Shown: positions 24,311-37,812 of the stretch, one piece after another | How the letters are laid out: every line of letters begins with the position of its first letter | Numbering within the stretch: the first letter of the stretch is position 1 | Assembly (NCBI RefSeq): GCF_000143415.4 | Contig: NW_003314268.1 | Span: forward strand, 1,472,672 to 1,536,671 | From: Selaginella moellendorffii | Lineage: Eukaryota > Plantae > Lycopodiophyta | DNA length: 64,000 bases | Direction of reading: 5' to 3' | Program-made: the position numbers and the translations under genes | The notes under the pieces: model-generated | Database searches by the model: none | What the model saw: only the letters and a program-made list of their open reading frames with translations | Told to the model about the DNA's origin: nothing

Positions 24311-27300
24311 TGTCAGGAATCCCCCAATTCATACCATATTCCTGAATCTCGCTAGATTTCTGACCTGTAGACCACATTCCTGATTCTCGAGACACTTCCC
24401 TATTCCTGACTCTCTGATTTCCTGTACGATTCCTGAGTTTTGAGCCACATTCATGATGATGATGTGGCACCTCCTCAACCTCAGCTATATTTAAGCCGTC
24501 CTCGATCCAAGAGTGGTGGAGCTTCATCAACCTATAGTATATATAGGTTAGCTTTGTTCTATTTCTCCACAATCTGAATCAACACCAGTCTAAGGCCTCT
24601 TCTTTGTTTCCATTAGCTTTTCTCTTTGTCTTTTGCATTTTCTAGTCTTGATCTTATTGGGGGTCTTGACAGTTTGATTCAAATTGTGTTTTTTCATTTT
24701 TTTGCTTTAGCTCGTTTTGATTGTTTGACTACCTTTGCCTTTTTCCCCCTTTTTTCTTTCTTTCTACCGATGGAGTCTCCAAGCCATCTTGATTTCTTTG
24801 CTGAAGTCCTTGCAAATACCAGTATGAGAATACTGAGCTAAAGGTGAACCTTCTTCGCATGCAGCAGGAGCTTGCTTCACTTTTGGCTCAAGGATCCAAC
24901 AAAGTTCCTGAACCGAAGGTGAGTTTCCCGGCGAAATTTTCAGGCAAGTGTTCGGAGCTTTGTGGATTCCTAAACCAGATGGAGCTGATCTTTGCACTTC
25001 AACATCGGCGGTACCCCACTCTCGAGTCTCAAATCGGCGCGATTGGGACGTTGCTCGAAGGTGTAGCTTTGTCATGGTTTTCTCCTCTTCTGGAGAAGAG
25101 TATGAAAGGGGTCGTGGTTCCCGAGCTGATGGATTTTCAATTGTTCAAAGAGAAGCTCAAAGCATGTTTTGGCAAGACGGATCGGGTTCGGGCTGCTACC
25201 ACAAAGATGAGACTTCTCTCTCAGGGGGAGTCTTGCCTCGATCTATGTTGCAGAGTTCCAACTCCTTGCCTTGGACACTCAGTGGGATGACCAATTTCGT
25301 TTCAGCCTCAACAACGGTGTCAAGGATTTGTTGCTCACCATGGAGGATCCCAAGGACCAGTCGGATGCCATCAACAAAGCTATTCAATGTGACAATCGTC
25401 TCTTTGACCGTTGTTAGGAAAGTCGCCGCGCTACTGTTTTTCCGTCCCAGACTCAGGAATCCCAGCTTGAGTCTTCGGGGCATACTCCTGAACCTATTGC
25501 TCCGGTCCCGATGGATATTTCTGGTACTCCCCAACTCATTAGAGGGAAGTTGAGTCCTGTTGAGAAGCAACGTCGAATATCTCATAATCTTTGCCTCTAG
25601 TGTGCTGATCCTAATCACAAAGCAGCTGTGTGTCCCAAGAAGCCTCCCCAACTGCTCGAGTTCACTCTGCCTCAAAATCCACCTTTGTTGCAGTCGGGAA
25701 ACGACCATGTCTAAATAGAGTAGGAGCTGTTTGTTTGGATTCCCCGAATAAAAATCACTTTTCTTCTTTATCAACCTCCTCACCACCTTTCATCAAAGCC
25801 ACTACCAATTCCCTCAACTTCCACGTCCCATGTCTCCTTTCTTTCACCGGACAATCAAGACTCAAGGCTCTGGCACTACTGGACTTGGGTGCAACTTCCT
25901 GCTTCATAGGCACAGACTTTGCTGCCCGACATCACGTTCCTCTTTCTCCTACCATACGGGATCTGAGGGTTGAAGGCATCGGCGGGCATTTTGTGTCTCC
26001 ATCTTCTGGACTTAGGGAAACATTGCCCGTTTGAGTACACATTGGGTCCACCGTCACCGATATCGCCTTCAACATCATCAACAGCAAGTCCTCCTCTGTG
26101 GTGCTCGGTCTTCCTTGGTTCCAACTACATCAGCCTCAGATCTGTTGGAAGGAATTATAGCTCATCTCTCCCACATCACCATCTCCCACAGCTTCCCTTG
26201 TTGTTCATCGAGTCTAAATCAGGAAAAGTTCTCTAAACTCAAATCAGTTTTATTCTTGACTCTATGAAGTTTTCACCCTCTTCTTTTTCCTCTCTTCCAT
26301 CTTACACTGGACAGTATCCTCGTCTCATCATTCCATTTAATCATACGCCTCTTCCTATCTCCACAATCACTATGAAAGAACTCCTTCATGAAGAACCTAT
26401 TTTTTTTTTTGCTTTGCATGTTTCTCCTGTCAGTCTTCCTGAGAAGTATCATGATTTTGGGGATGTGTTTAACAAGAAAAAAAGCTAGTGTACTACCTAT
26501 TCATCGATCTTATGATTGTCCTATTGATTTACAAGAAGGAGCGTCACCTCCATGGGGGCCTATCTATGGATTATCCCCGTCCGAGCTTAAGGCCCTCAAA
26601 GAGTACGTGGATGAGAACCTTGCCTCGGGGTACATTCAGCATTCGCAGTCCCCGGCTGGAGCGCCTGTCTTCTTTGTCAAGAAGAAGGATGGGAGGTTGC
26701 GGCTAGTCATCGACTACCGAGGTTTGAACAAAGTGACTGTTCGGAACCGTTATCCACTGCCCCTGATCTCGGACCTGTTGGAACGCCTCAGCGGTGCCCG
26801 CTTCTTTACCAAGATCGACCTCCGTGGAGCATAGAACCTGATTCGGATCCGGCCTAGTGATGAATGGAAGACTGCGTTCCGAACCCGCTATGGCCACTTC
26901 GAGTACACTGTCATATGCCATTTGGCTTGACAAATGCTCTAGCAGTTTTCCAACACATGGCGAACGACATCTTTCGGGAGTTTCTTGATTAGATGGTGAT
27001 TGTCTACCTCGATGACATCCTCATCTACTCAAAAACTCAGGAGGAGCACAACAAACAGGAGGGGGCGGGCCATCAAAAAACAGTCTGGACGGATCACAAA
27101 AATCTCAAGTACTTTGCCACTTCCCGAGTTTTGAGCCGTTGTCAAGCAAGGTGGGCACAATTCCTGAGTCGGTTTGACTTTGTTATCAAGTATAGACCTG
27201 GAAAGCTTCAAGGCCTTCCTGATGCTCTTTCAAGGCACTCCTATCTTAGTCTCAGGCTTGGTAATCCTGCCTTCGATCAATTGGATCAAGTTATCCTCTG

Positions 27301-29289
27301 TCCTGATCGACTTCAAGTTATGGCAATTTCCTTGGCCCCTCAGGACTCCTCCTTGATGGATGCGATCAGAAACGATCTTCAATCCGATGACCTCGCCAGT
27401 GACATTTTCCCCCATCTTCAGGCTGGACACCCAGTGACTCCCGACTGCTGGTGATTTGACGAGTTTGAGTTCTTAGATGGCTTGTTGTTCCGTGGGGAGC
27501 AACTTTACGTTCTTGAAAGTGATGCTTGAAGGTTGGTCCTGATGGCGTGCCACAATAGCCCGACTGCTGGTCACTTCGGCATCGCAAAGACCTATGAGCT
27601 GGTTGCACGGGACTTTTGGTGGCCTCACATATACGACTACATCAAAACTTTTGTTACCTCCTGTGACACCTGCTCCCGAAATATGGTACTTCGCCACCTT
27701 CCTTCAGGTTTTCTTTGTTCCCTCCCGGTCCCTTCAGGTCCTTGGGAATCCATCTCAATAGATTTCTTGAGTGATCTTCCAAGTTCTGGAGGCTTCAACA
27801 GCATTTTAGTCATGGTGGATCACTTCACAAAGATGGCGCACTTCCTGCTGTGTACCAAGGAGTTTTCGGATGAGGACATGGCAAAACTAGTATTTAGGGA
27901 AATTTTCCGACTTCATGGGATTCCTACAGATGTGGTTTCGGATCGGGGACCTCAATTCATCTCTCATTTCTGGCAACGGTTTTTGCAGCTGCTTGGAGTG
28001 AAGGCCAACCTCTCTTCGGCATATCATCCTCAAACTGATGGATAGTCCAAGCAAACGATTCAGACGTTAGAACAATTCCTGAGATGCTTTATCAACTATA
28101 ATTAGAATGACTAGTTTGATATCCTTCCCCTTGCTGAGTTCTTCTATAACAACTCTGTTCACTCCTTTCTTCGAGTTTCCCCCTTCTTTGTGAACTCTGG
28201 CCGAAATCCCAGATTCAATCTCTCACTTCCTTCTCCATCTGAATCCTCTCATTCAAATCCCCGCTCTGAGACATTTGTCTCTAACCTCCAGGAAATCCAC
28301 AACTCCATCTCGTTCCACCTCCATCGTGCTCATGAATCTCACAAAACATTTGCCAATATCCATCGTCAGGATTGTCCCCCTTACAATATTGGGGATAAAG
28401 TCTGGCTCCTCAGGCGAAATATCTCCACCACCAGGCCATGTTCTAAACTTGATTTCAAACGCCTCAGTCCTTTCCCTATCATTGCTATCATTAATCTTAT
28501 TACTTATCGCCTTGCACTTCCCTCCTCATATCAAATTCACCCCGTTTTTCACTCCTCTCTCCTCTCTCCTTATATCCCTAGTCCTATTCCAAATCGGGTC
28601 ATTCCTCCACCTCCACCAGTGCAGCTCGAGGATGGGTCTAAGTACGAGGTTCAGGACATCCTTGATTCCAAGATCTCACGGTCTAAACTCTACTATCTGG
28701 TCGATTGGAAGGGTTATGGACCTAAAGAATGCACTTGGGAATCTGTGGACAACCTGATTCATTCTCCTGACCTTGTTCAGGACTTCCACCGCCGCTATCC
28801 TTCTCGTCCCAGTCCTCATTCTTTTTCTCCATCTTCCATCCCTCGCCACCCATCTCATCCTCCTCTTCGTTCTTATTCCACTCGTTCTTGAGGAGGGGGT
28901 GCTGTCAGGAATCCCCTAATTCATACCACATTCCTGAATCTCGTTGGATTCCTGACTTGCAGACCACATTCCTGATTCTCGAGACACTTCCCTATTCTTG
29001 ACTCTCGAGACACTTCCCTATTCCTGACTCTCTGATTTCCTGTACAATTTTTGAGTCTTGAGCCACATTCCTGATAATGATGTGGCACCTCCTCGACCTC
29101 AGCTATATTTAGGCTGTCCTCGATCCAAGAGTGCTGGAGCTTCATCAACCTATAATATATATAGGTTAGCCTTGTTCCATTTCTCCACAATTTGAATCAA
29201 CACCAGTCTAAGGCCTCTTCTTTGTTTCCATTAGCTTTTCTCTTTGTCTTTTGCATTTTCTAGTCTTGATCTTGTTGGGGCTCTTGACA
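24311..29289 (+). mobile_element. Tcn1/Tf1-like chromovirus element C (RNase H region deleted)
   Basis: LTRs 24311-24671 and 28903-29289 (TGTCA...TGACA), perfect TSD AGTAA, PPT GAGGAGGGGG. gag, LLDLGATSCF protease, RT, integrase and chromodomain YEVQDILDS..YLVDWKGYGP. RT YLDD jumps directly to TDHKNL at about 27055. Confidence 0.93.
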
Positions 29290-32200
29290 AGTAAGCCCAT
29301 CGTCTTGGGCACTCTGCCATGTCTCGCAAGAGGTCCGTCATGACACTCTTCTAAAGCTACCTTCCTTAGTTCCCCTTCTGGAACATACACCCTCGTTTCC
29401 TTGTAATAGATAAGTCCGTTGCATTTCGCATAGCCCATTTTCTCTTCCATTGGCAGTTCACCCCTTTGGTGAGTTTCCCATGCCTCTAGATTCCTCAGCA
29501 ACACTTCTTGTGCTCCGCAAATCATCCCAAAAGGTTGCTGTCTCGCTGGATATCCCTAGCTTCAAGCTTGCTTTTCGACTTAGCGCATCTGCCAAAATGT
29601 TGCTCTTCCTAGGCTTGTACAGAATCTCACAATAAAACTCGGCCAAAGCATTGGCCCACCGACCCTATTTCCCTCTTAGGTCGAGCTATGACAAGAAGTG
29701 TTTCGTTGCCACATTGTCTGTGTAAACCTTGAAGTGTCTCCTAAGGTAGTGTCGCCACTCCTTGAGCGCCTTGACCACCGCAAACAATTTTTTCTCATGC
29801 GTAGGCCACTTTCGTTGAGCCTTGTCCAACTTCTTAAAAAAGAATGCTACTGGATGGTTGTCTTGCTTCAAAACTATGCCCAACGCAAAGTCTGAGGCAT
29901 CCGTTTCTACCTCAAAGTCCTTAACAAAGTCTGGTAATGCCAACACGGGAGCCTTCCTCAACTTCCCTTTGAGGTGGACAAATGCCGCCTTGCATTCTGC
30001 AGTCTATACCATCTTCCCTTTTCCTATTTGGTCCGTTAAGGGCAAGGTTACTCTCGAATAGTGTTTGATAAACTTTCGATAGTAGTTGCATAGCCCCAAG
30101 AATGCCCTTAACTCATGTACATTCAATGGTCGCTCCCAATCTTGGATCGCTTAGACCTTCTTAGGGTCCACCTTGAGCCCGTCCTTGCCTACCACATGCC
30201 TGAGAAACTTTACCTCTTGTTGAGCAAAGTCACATTTGCTCTATTTAGCATACAACTGGTGTTCCCTTAGTTTCTCAAACACCTTCGTCAAGTGTTCGGC
30301 ATGCTCCTCTAGCGTTTTGCTATAGATCAGGATGTCGTCAATATAGACGACCACAAAGTGATCCAGATAGGGTACAAAGATGTGGTTCATCAACGCCGAA
30401 AATGTTGCCGATGCATTGCATAGCCCAAAGGGCATCACCAGAAACTCAAAGCTCCCATACCTTGTTCGACAGGTTGTCTTCTCGACATCTTCCTCTGCTA
30501 CCTTGATCTAGTAGTATCTTGACTTTAGGTCAATCCTCGAGAAGTATTTTGCCTTTCCCAACCTATCAAACAAGTCCTCAATCCTTAGCAAAGGGTATTT
30601 GTTCTTCTTTGTATATTTATTGAGCAACCGATAGTCTATGCACATGTGCATAGATCCATATTTCATTTTCACAAATAACACTGGTGCCCCATACGGCGAC
30701 TTGCTCAACCTAACATACCCTTTGTCCACCAACTCCTTTAGTTGGCACTTGAGCTTCTCGAGTTCCTTTTTGTTCAAACGATAGGGTGGACAAACCACCG
30801 CCTTAGCACCCTCAACTAACTCAATCTTATGTTCTATCGGTCGTGTGGGGGGCAATCCCGTTGGTAGCTCCTCTGGCATGGTATCCTGGAATTGGTCTAA
30901 CACTTGCTGGATCACTAAAAGTACTCTTAATTTCCTCATTTCTATCTTTCTGTGTTTTGCTTTTTAACCTTACCTTCAACTAAAAGGACCATGCTATAAC
31001 AACTCTTCACCGAGAGTAAGCACAAAAATGCTACCTTGGTTCCTTTAATGAGTTGTCCTCTCATGGACACCAAGTTTAAGTAGGAATCTTTGGCCTTGCA
31101 TTGCCCTACCTTTAGATCCTAGGCCTCCACCCTGGATCTTCTTCCTTGGGCATTCGCTAGTACCACAAGGTTCTTACCTTGTCCATGTAGAGCTACCACG
31201 AACCGATTGAACTAATCCATCCCAAAGATCATGTCAAATCCCGCCATGTCCAACACAGTGAAATCCATGTCTACTTTCCATGTCCCTACTTCGACTCTCG
31301 CTTGTCGAAGTACCTCATCGGTGCTTTGGCTACCTTGAACAAACTCTATAGTCCTTGGTTTGCCCAGCCGCTGCACCGTTAATCCGGTTTGCCGGACTAT
31401 GTCTGCAGCTACAAAATTATCTGAAGCACTCGTGTCAATAAGGATCTTAACAAAGCTACCTCCGAGCTTCCCTCAAAGGGCTAGTAGATGTCGTGAATGA
31501 CACTTTACCAAAGTTGCTCGTGTAATGAGTAATTTTGAGCTAGGGACTAGATCACATACCTCAGTTTGGATTTCACCCGACTTAATGGCCATATTGGCTC
31601 TGGTATTCTTTGGGTAGGGAAATTCCCTCGAAAAGTGTCCCGCTTCGCCGCAATTGTAACATACGTTGTTTCCTACGCTGCTAAATGACTTGACCTTCTT
31701 ATCCGTGGGTTTGTCTCTTTTTGCTTGACTCCCCCACGTACTCGCTCGCTAACCACCGGATCTACCTTTTCGGAACCCTGAGGACTCATTCTTAGAGAAA
31801 CTCTTCTTAAATTTCCCTTTGCTATATGTTCCCCTTGGTTTGGCCCCTTTGCTAAATGTAGACCCCGACCCCGTCGTGTTCCCTTTTCGTAGGTTATCGT
31901 TAAAATGCACCTTGATAGCCGCATCCAACGCTTCTTTGTAATTGGTCGGGTTCCAATGCATCACCTCGCTGCGAGCCTAGGTTTGCAAGCCTGATATGAA
32001 GGCATGGAACGCATCCATATCACCCATATCCATGACCAGTATCCTCTTTGCCATAAATCCATTCACATACTCTTGAATGGTTTTGGTCTGCTTCAGCCTA
32101 CTCAGCTCATCCCCTAGGTGCAGAGTAGCATTCGAGAGGAACGTATGTTGCGCGGATCCTCGCCTTCATCATTTTCCAAGTGGCCACCGGTCCTTCGTTG

Positions 32201-35002
32201 GCCTCCGTTGTTCTCCACCAAGACTTGGTATTATCTGCCAAGTATAGTTTTGCACATAGGACCTTTTCCGAGCTCGGTAACTGCAACGCTTGGAAGTAGT
32301 CCTCCATATCGTAAAACTAATCCTCCACGACCTTATAGTCATTCACTCCCTTGAAGACTGGTGAGGGCTTTTGTTTGTACTTGGGAACTGCCTGAGGGAC
32401 TGATTCCACTTCGGTCTGTTCGACCTTGTTTGGTTCTGCCTCAGTCCCTACCAAAGGGTCCGCACCTTCTGCGCTACCAATTGTAAGCGACTAAATTTTC
32501 CATTCTACTTTAGTCACTTAACCACACCTCTGACCACTTGGAGGAGTCTCATTCACAACCTCCATAAGTCCCATTCAGGACTTGGGGCTTGCTAGCCCCG
32601 AGAATGGCATCTATGCCACTCAACCTTTGCACTTGGTCCAAGTGCTCCACGTGTCCGATCCCATGACTGACACCCCAAGGTACCACCGATATATGAGCCC
32701 GTTACGTTAGGCCACGCTCATTCACCTTGGTCACATCGGTGGTCTAACACCACCTGCATTGCAATCCTGTCTCTCCAAGATTGAGCCATCCGTCCATGAG
32801 TGATCATCCCAGATCCACTCCTTAGCATCCTTAGGATGCCCCCAGACATGGGGAATAGCCTTCCCCAATATCCCCTTTCCGGAACTTTGGGCTTAGAGCG
32901 AGGTTCCCTTGAGCCACACTAGGTATCCAAGTAGGTAGTGCCACCCACACTTGGATTGGGAGCATCGGCCAGTCGATTTCCCAGGGGAACTAGAGCCGGC
33001 TCTTGAACACTTCACCAAGCTACCCCACTTGTCGGTCCATATTCACTCTAGTCTTGGACTTCCCAATGGTCAGTTCATCACCCAACATTGGGTCTAGCCT
33101 TCCTGGGCCAAATTGGCCTTTCCTGGCCAAACTGGCTCCACTGCAGTCCTCCCCCTTACTATACTTTTGGAGCTCACCAAACCCCCTAGGGTCTGGGAGA
33201 CGAACACTTTGGGCTTTCACCCTCTCATACTCGAACTCAAACTCAGACTCGGACTCGGACTCGGTCTCGGTCCCGGTCTCGGTCTCAGTCTCGGTCCTAG
33301 TCTCGGTCTCGGTCTTGGTCTCGGTCTCGGTCTCGGTCTCAGTCTCCGTCTCGGTCTCGGTCCCGGTCTTGGTCTTGACCTCAGACTCCATCTCGGGTCC
33401 TTCTCGGACTCCATCTCGGATTCCATCTCGGGTCCATCTCGGACTCCATCTCGGACTTCGTCTCGGTCCATCTCGGACTCCATCTCGGGTTCATCTCGAA
33501 CTCCACCTTGGACTCCAACTCGGGTCCATCTCGGACTCCACCTCGGACTCTATCTCGGGTCCACCTTGGACTCCACCTCAGACTCCAACTCGGACTCCAT
33601 CTCGGACACTCCCACGTGTCATGTGTTGGTCCTTTTGGGGTCCCTTTTTGGAGCCTCGCTTATTGCTCGCTTCATGCTCGTTCCTTGAGCACTCCGTTGG
33701 GAGTTCTACTTCCGCTCTCGACCTTTCAAGTCGGAGCCTTTTAGTCCAAATGTGTTACGCTCGTTTGGCTTTTGCTTTGGCCACTACCACGTGGCACTCT
33801 TTTGGCTCCACTTTGGGGCTTAGGGATTTGTGTCTCACAACTCCACCACCCATAGACGAAGTTCGATGTCCTCATCGAACGGTAAACCCTTTTATAAAGT
33901 AACACTCGCAAGTATTACCGTTTCCATCCTTGGCACCCAGTCAATACTTGTCTATGGTTTGACCCCGAAGGCTCACCATGCCTTGTCCACCCTCTAAGGG
34001 GCATAATCTCTCCAACATAGAGACTCATTCGGCCACATGGGGTGGTTTGCTCCCTTTTATTTGGTTCAGTTCTTGTTAAACCCGTTAGAGACACCCTCTT
34101 TAACTCAATTCCACTACTCATTCTCGAGTAGTCTTAGATTCTATTGACATAACCTTTGCACTTTGGAACTTTTAATTTTGACTTCTCAGAGTCAATTTCC
34201 TAGGTGTCTCCGACACCTTATGTTGCATATGGTGCAACTCCACTTCCCTATCCTAGGAAGTACTTCACTTGAGGATACCGTCATCCTCTGTTCGATATCA
34301 TGCCACCTTTGGCACTAAGTTCCAGTTATCATAATTGGTGCTAAGGTTGCCCACGGCCCTATTATTTAGCTACCTTACCGTTCCCCCCTTTTGAGCATCC
34401 ACTTTCGCCAAATCAGAGCGCTTGGGAATCCATTCTTGGGGAAACATTGCCTTTCCCACAATCCATTAGCACCCAACACATTAGTGTTCTCGGCCTAACT
34501 TTGCCATTTGGATTCTTTCCCATGATTCCTGTGGCTCTTTTTCTTAGCCATTAGTCTTTTAAGCTCTATTTCGTTAAAGTGGGAATTGTCATTATCCCAC
34601 TTGTAAAATAAGGTTTCCAAACCTTTATATAGTATATAAATATAACAAAATTCAACTGCATTGAGGCACATGCCATTTTATTTTAAACAAGGAAATGTCT
34701 ACTCAATCACTTCTCCTCCCCCTACCACTGCTTCACCTCTCTCTTCTCCTTGTCATCGTCGTCCAATTTCTTTCCATCCTTTTAATATTGGCTCAGTTGC
34801 TCCGAGTCTAGGTGGAGCCCAAGTCCCCATTCAATCTTTACTTTCCCATTATTAATAAAACAACTTCGTAGACTTCCAATAACATGCTGTAACACTTCTA
34901 GTATAATGCAAATCCTCTCAAAGAATTGTCTTTTAATATTAATACAATGGCATGGAACCCCATGCCATAATAAGTTACATTTTTAAATAAATACATGCCA
35001 TC

Positions 35003-36519
35003 TCAGACTGTTATTTTTTGCCTCCAACGCCTATACAATAATCTTGGAATTTCATCACTCTCCACACTATCAGGATTTAAACCCAATAGTAATGCCATCT
35101 CTTCTCTAATACGTCCACGCTCATGTTCAGTGGTTGAAGAACCCATCCGGTTGAGCAGATTATGGAGATGCGGATAGTGCTTGGCTAGACAATATACATG
35201 CCATAAATGATGACTGGTGTCTGTCCGATCAAATGGCTTCTGATATACCGTTCCATCTACCATTTGGTTGATTTCTGCAGCCACCTCCTGGACTGGCCGG
35301 TTCTCTATCACTATCGCTCCAAGCCGTTTTGCAAGGTCCCCTAGAACATACGGTTTCTTCTCCCTAGTTTCCATACTGCAAGAGATGGGGTGCACTGCAT
35401 ATGTGTGCGTGTTCGCTGCAGTTTTAATTGGCGAGTCATCGATGATGAGGATTTCACTTGAGCTAGCAGTCCGGTTCATCACTACAGCCTCTGGCTTGAC
35501 GAAGATGGGCTTGCTACCCCTCACATGGACCATAGTCAAGCAATCCTCCTGCGTTAGGAGAAAGTCAAATGGTAATATTACTCGCGTCTGATCGTGCATC
35601 ATCTGTAGCAACGTTAATGCATTGTGGCGCATCATGGATGTCCAAACTCCCAATTGCAAATTGAACCCGGCCCTCTGTTTTAAGTGTCACATGGTCATTA
35701 TTAGATCCCGCAGTTTCTCCCGTGTGATTAATGTGAATCTGTCTCTTTTGACCAACTTGCGACCGCAGGCTTTAGAGGGTGCAATGACATTCGAGGACGA
35801 GCCACGCTCATGGGAGAAAAGGACACCGTTCAGATCAAAAACGATACAGTACCTTCGCCGTGACTCTGAAATGAAATGCGTCAGCATAAAAAATGGTACA
35901 AGTCAATTTTACTATCTACAATATTAGCGAATGTTGCTCCCGATGGTCGTTGAGAGGGTTTTGGTCGAGGAAACGTGAAGGGCGGAAATACTCTCCTCTG
36001 CAATGTGGGGTCAATCGCATCCGATGGCGTGTGGGCACATGCCATTTCAGCTGTAGACTCTGGTACAACTGGCTCAACAGTGGCATGGGGTGGTTCCGAT
36101 GGCGTGTGATCACACGCCATTTCAGCTGGTGCCTCCGTTGGCAAAGTGGACATGACCGAACAGGCAGCAGGGGTGGTGTAGGGAGGTTCCAACGGCGCGT
36201 AGTCAAACGATTGGGCACACATTGAGTCCGTTGGAAATGAGGATACGACCGGCTCGGCGGCTGGGGCGGCCTCATGTGGGTCCAATGGCGCCTGGTCACC
36301 GTCAGTTGGATACGTGGACAAGATTGACTCAGTGGTATGGGCAGCATCAAGTGGAGCGTGGTCAGCTTGCTTGGCGTTGATATGGATAGTAGCCTCCACC
36401 AGCTCTGATGACTCTTGCAGCCAAGTAGAGTCCACTGGCGGATCCATATGCATGTCCAAATATCTCCCTTCGATTGAGATGGTATCCTCCCGTGCTACTA
36501 AAAACAAACTCATTAGCAC
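35003..36519 (-). pseudogene. FCP1/NIF-family HAD phosphatase-like cargo gene with Pro/Ala-rich N-terminal region
   Basis: CIVFDLNGVL (HAD motif I variant), LGVWTS, ILIIDDSPIK..N...AVHP. In-frame TGA at 35687-35689 and a short intron near 35866-35915. Confidence 0.7.
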
Positions 36520-36761
36520 ATTGAATCGACTATACTGTATTTACCATCAACTGCTATTGAGGAACTAGGACCGATATCACTTGGGCGCACTGCTGATTCT
36601 GAAGGATTGGACATATGTTTCGACCCTTGCTTGGCACTATCCTTCCTCGACACTAAAGGCTAGAGTTTGTAAATTCAACTGAATAATCTTTACTTACCAT
36701 TTGCTCTGCGACCTACATGGACAATGTTAGAAATGGTAAAAGGTTAGGAATGGATGTACTA

Positions 36762-37290
36762 TTATTTACCTGATGGTTTGTCTTGTATGACCTTCCTCCG
36801 CTGCTCTTTGGCCACCTCAGGCTGGCCATCGTCGTCATCATCATCGTCGTCGTTATTGTGATCGTCACCATTGTGAGGACCATCCAAGTCCTCTTCGTCC
36901 TCCTCTTCTTTGTCCTCCTCTTCGTCCTTCTGCTCTTCCTGCTCATTATCTTTCTCTGGCTCCTCATCCCCCTCCTGCATTTCTTCCATAGGCTGCTCAG
37001 GCTGGATGGCTTGTTCTTCCAGGACCATCTTGGGAAAATCATCTGGCCGAGTCTCCATCTCAAAATACAAGACATCCATAGCCTGTTTTAGTGCGTGACC
37101 TAGGACCGTATCCTCACCCGACTGTCTTAACATGGTTTCTGCACGTTCTTGCACCCTTCGAAGACGACGAGATGAGAAAAACGTGGCCCTGACTTGAAAA
37201 GCTTCCCTCATCCATTGTACCTCTCCATTGAGATTGGGGAAGGGGAGTCCGCCATAGGAATCTGAGTCATGAGGTGGTGACTACCTGCTT
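36762..37290 (-). other. Highly acidic (E/D-rich) exon of a transposon cargo gene
   Basis: ORF with EEEDKEEEDEED...DDDDDDDD, ending at a CAG|GTAAAT donor near 36769. Linkage to neighbouring exons is unresolved. Confidence 0.5.
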
Positions 37291-37812
37291 TCACTCAGCC
37301 CTTGATCTGCAATGAATGGCATGAGCACACACGCCATAACCGCGAGGCATTACCTATCATCTTTTCGTTGCCCTTCTTCCTTTTCGAATCAAACGCCTCT
37401 GATCTCGACGGCTGTCCAACGTGCTTTCGCTTTTTATGACCACTGTCAATTTGAGCTTGGCTGGTGCTTGCCTGTTTTGCCTTTGAAGAAGTTTCTCTTG
37501 CAAGGAATGGCATGAGACCACACGCCATTGCAAATATAATTTGTACCTCCTTTTTTCCTATTGCTTGTCTGTTTGTCCTTCTTCGATGCGCCACCAGTGC
37601 GCTTTTCAGTCCTCGTGTCTGAATATTCACAACGATCTATAATCAAAATGGCATGAGGCCTCACGTGACCTTACCTTGTGCAAGTTGTGAGCTCGGCCCA
37701 ACATGGGTATCTTCAACAGTAGCTGTTAATGCCGTTTCAGCATCTGGGGGTGGCCACGCTCCTGCATACAGAGCTTGTGAGATAACATTTAAACTTAAAG
37801 TGTGTACTCACC

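Larger units (their letters stand above)
22308..32481 (-). pseudogene. Disrupted gag-pol of element A (gag 5' part at 51920-52230)
   Basis: gag (KSWWR), CYNCGEAGH knuckle, protease ILIDTSASDNF, RT (YIDDILIYS), RNase H (VETDASDFALG), integrase (VVDRFSKMAHF), chromodomain EEYEVEAILNAR...VKWKGFPHYEVTWEP. Interrupted by element C and the TRIM. Confidence 0.9.

Noticed and set aside
33003-33902. Long Ser/Asp/Val-, Glu/Thr- or Leu/Gly-repeat ORFs (also at 21419-21858, 47880-48268, 51043-51824, 53036-53351)
   Set aside because: They are stop-free by-products of the hexamer arrays within LTRs, open in several frames on both strands.
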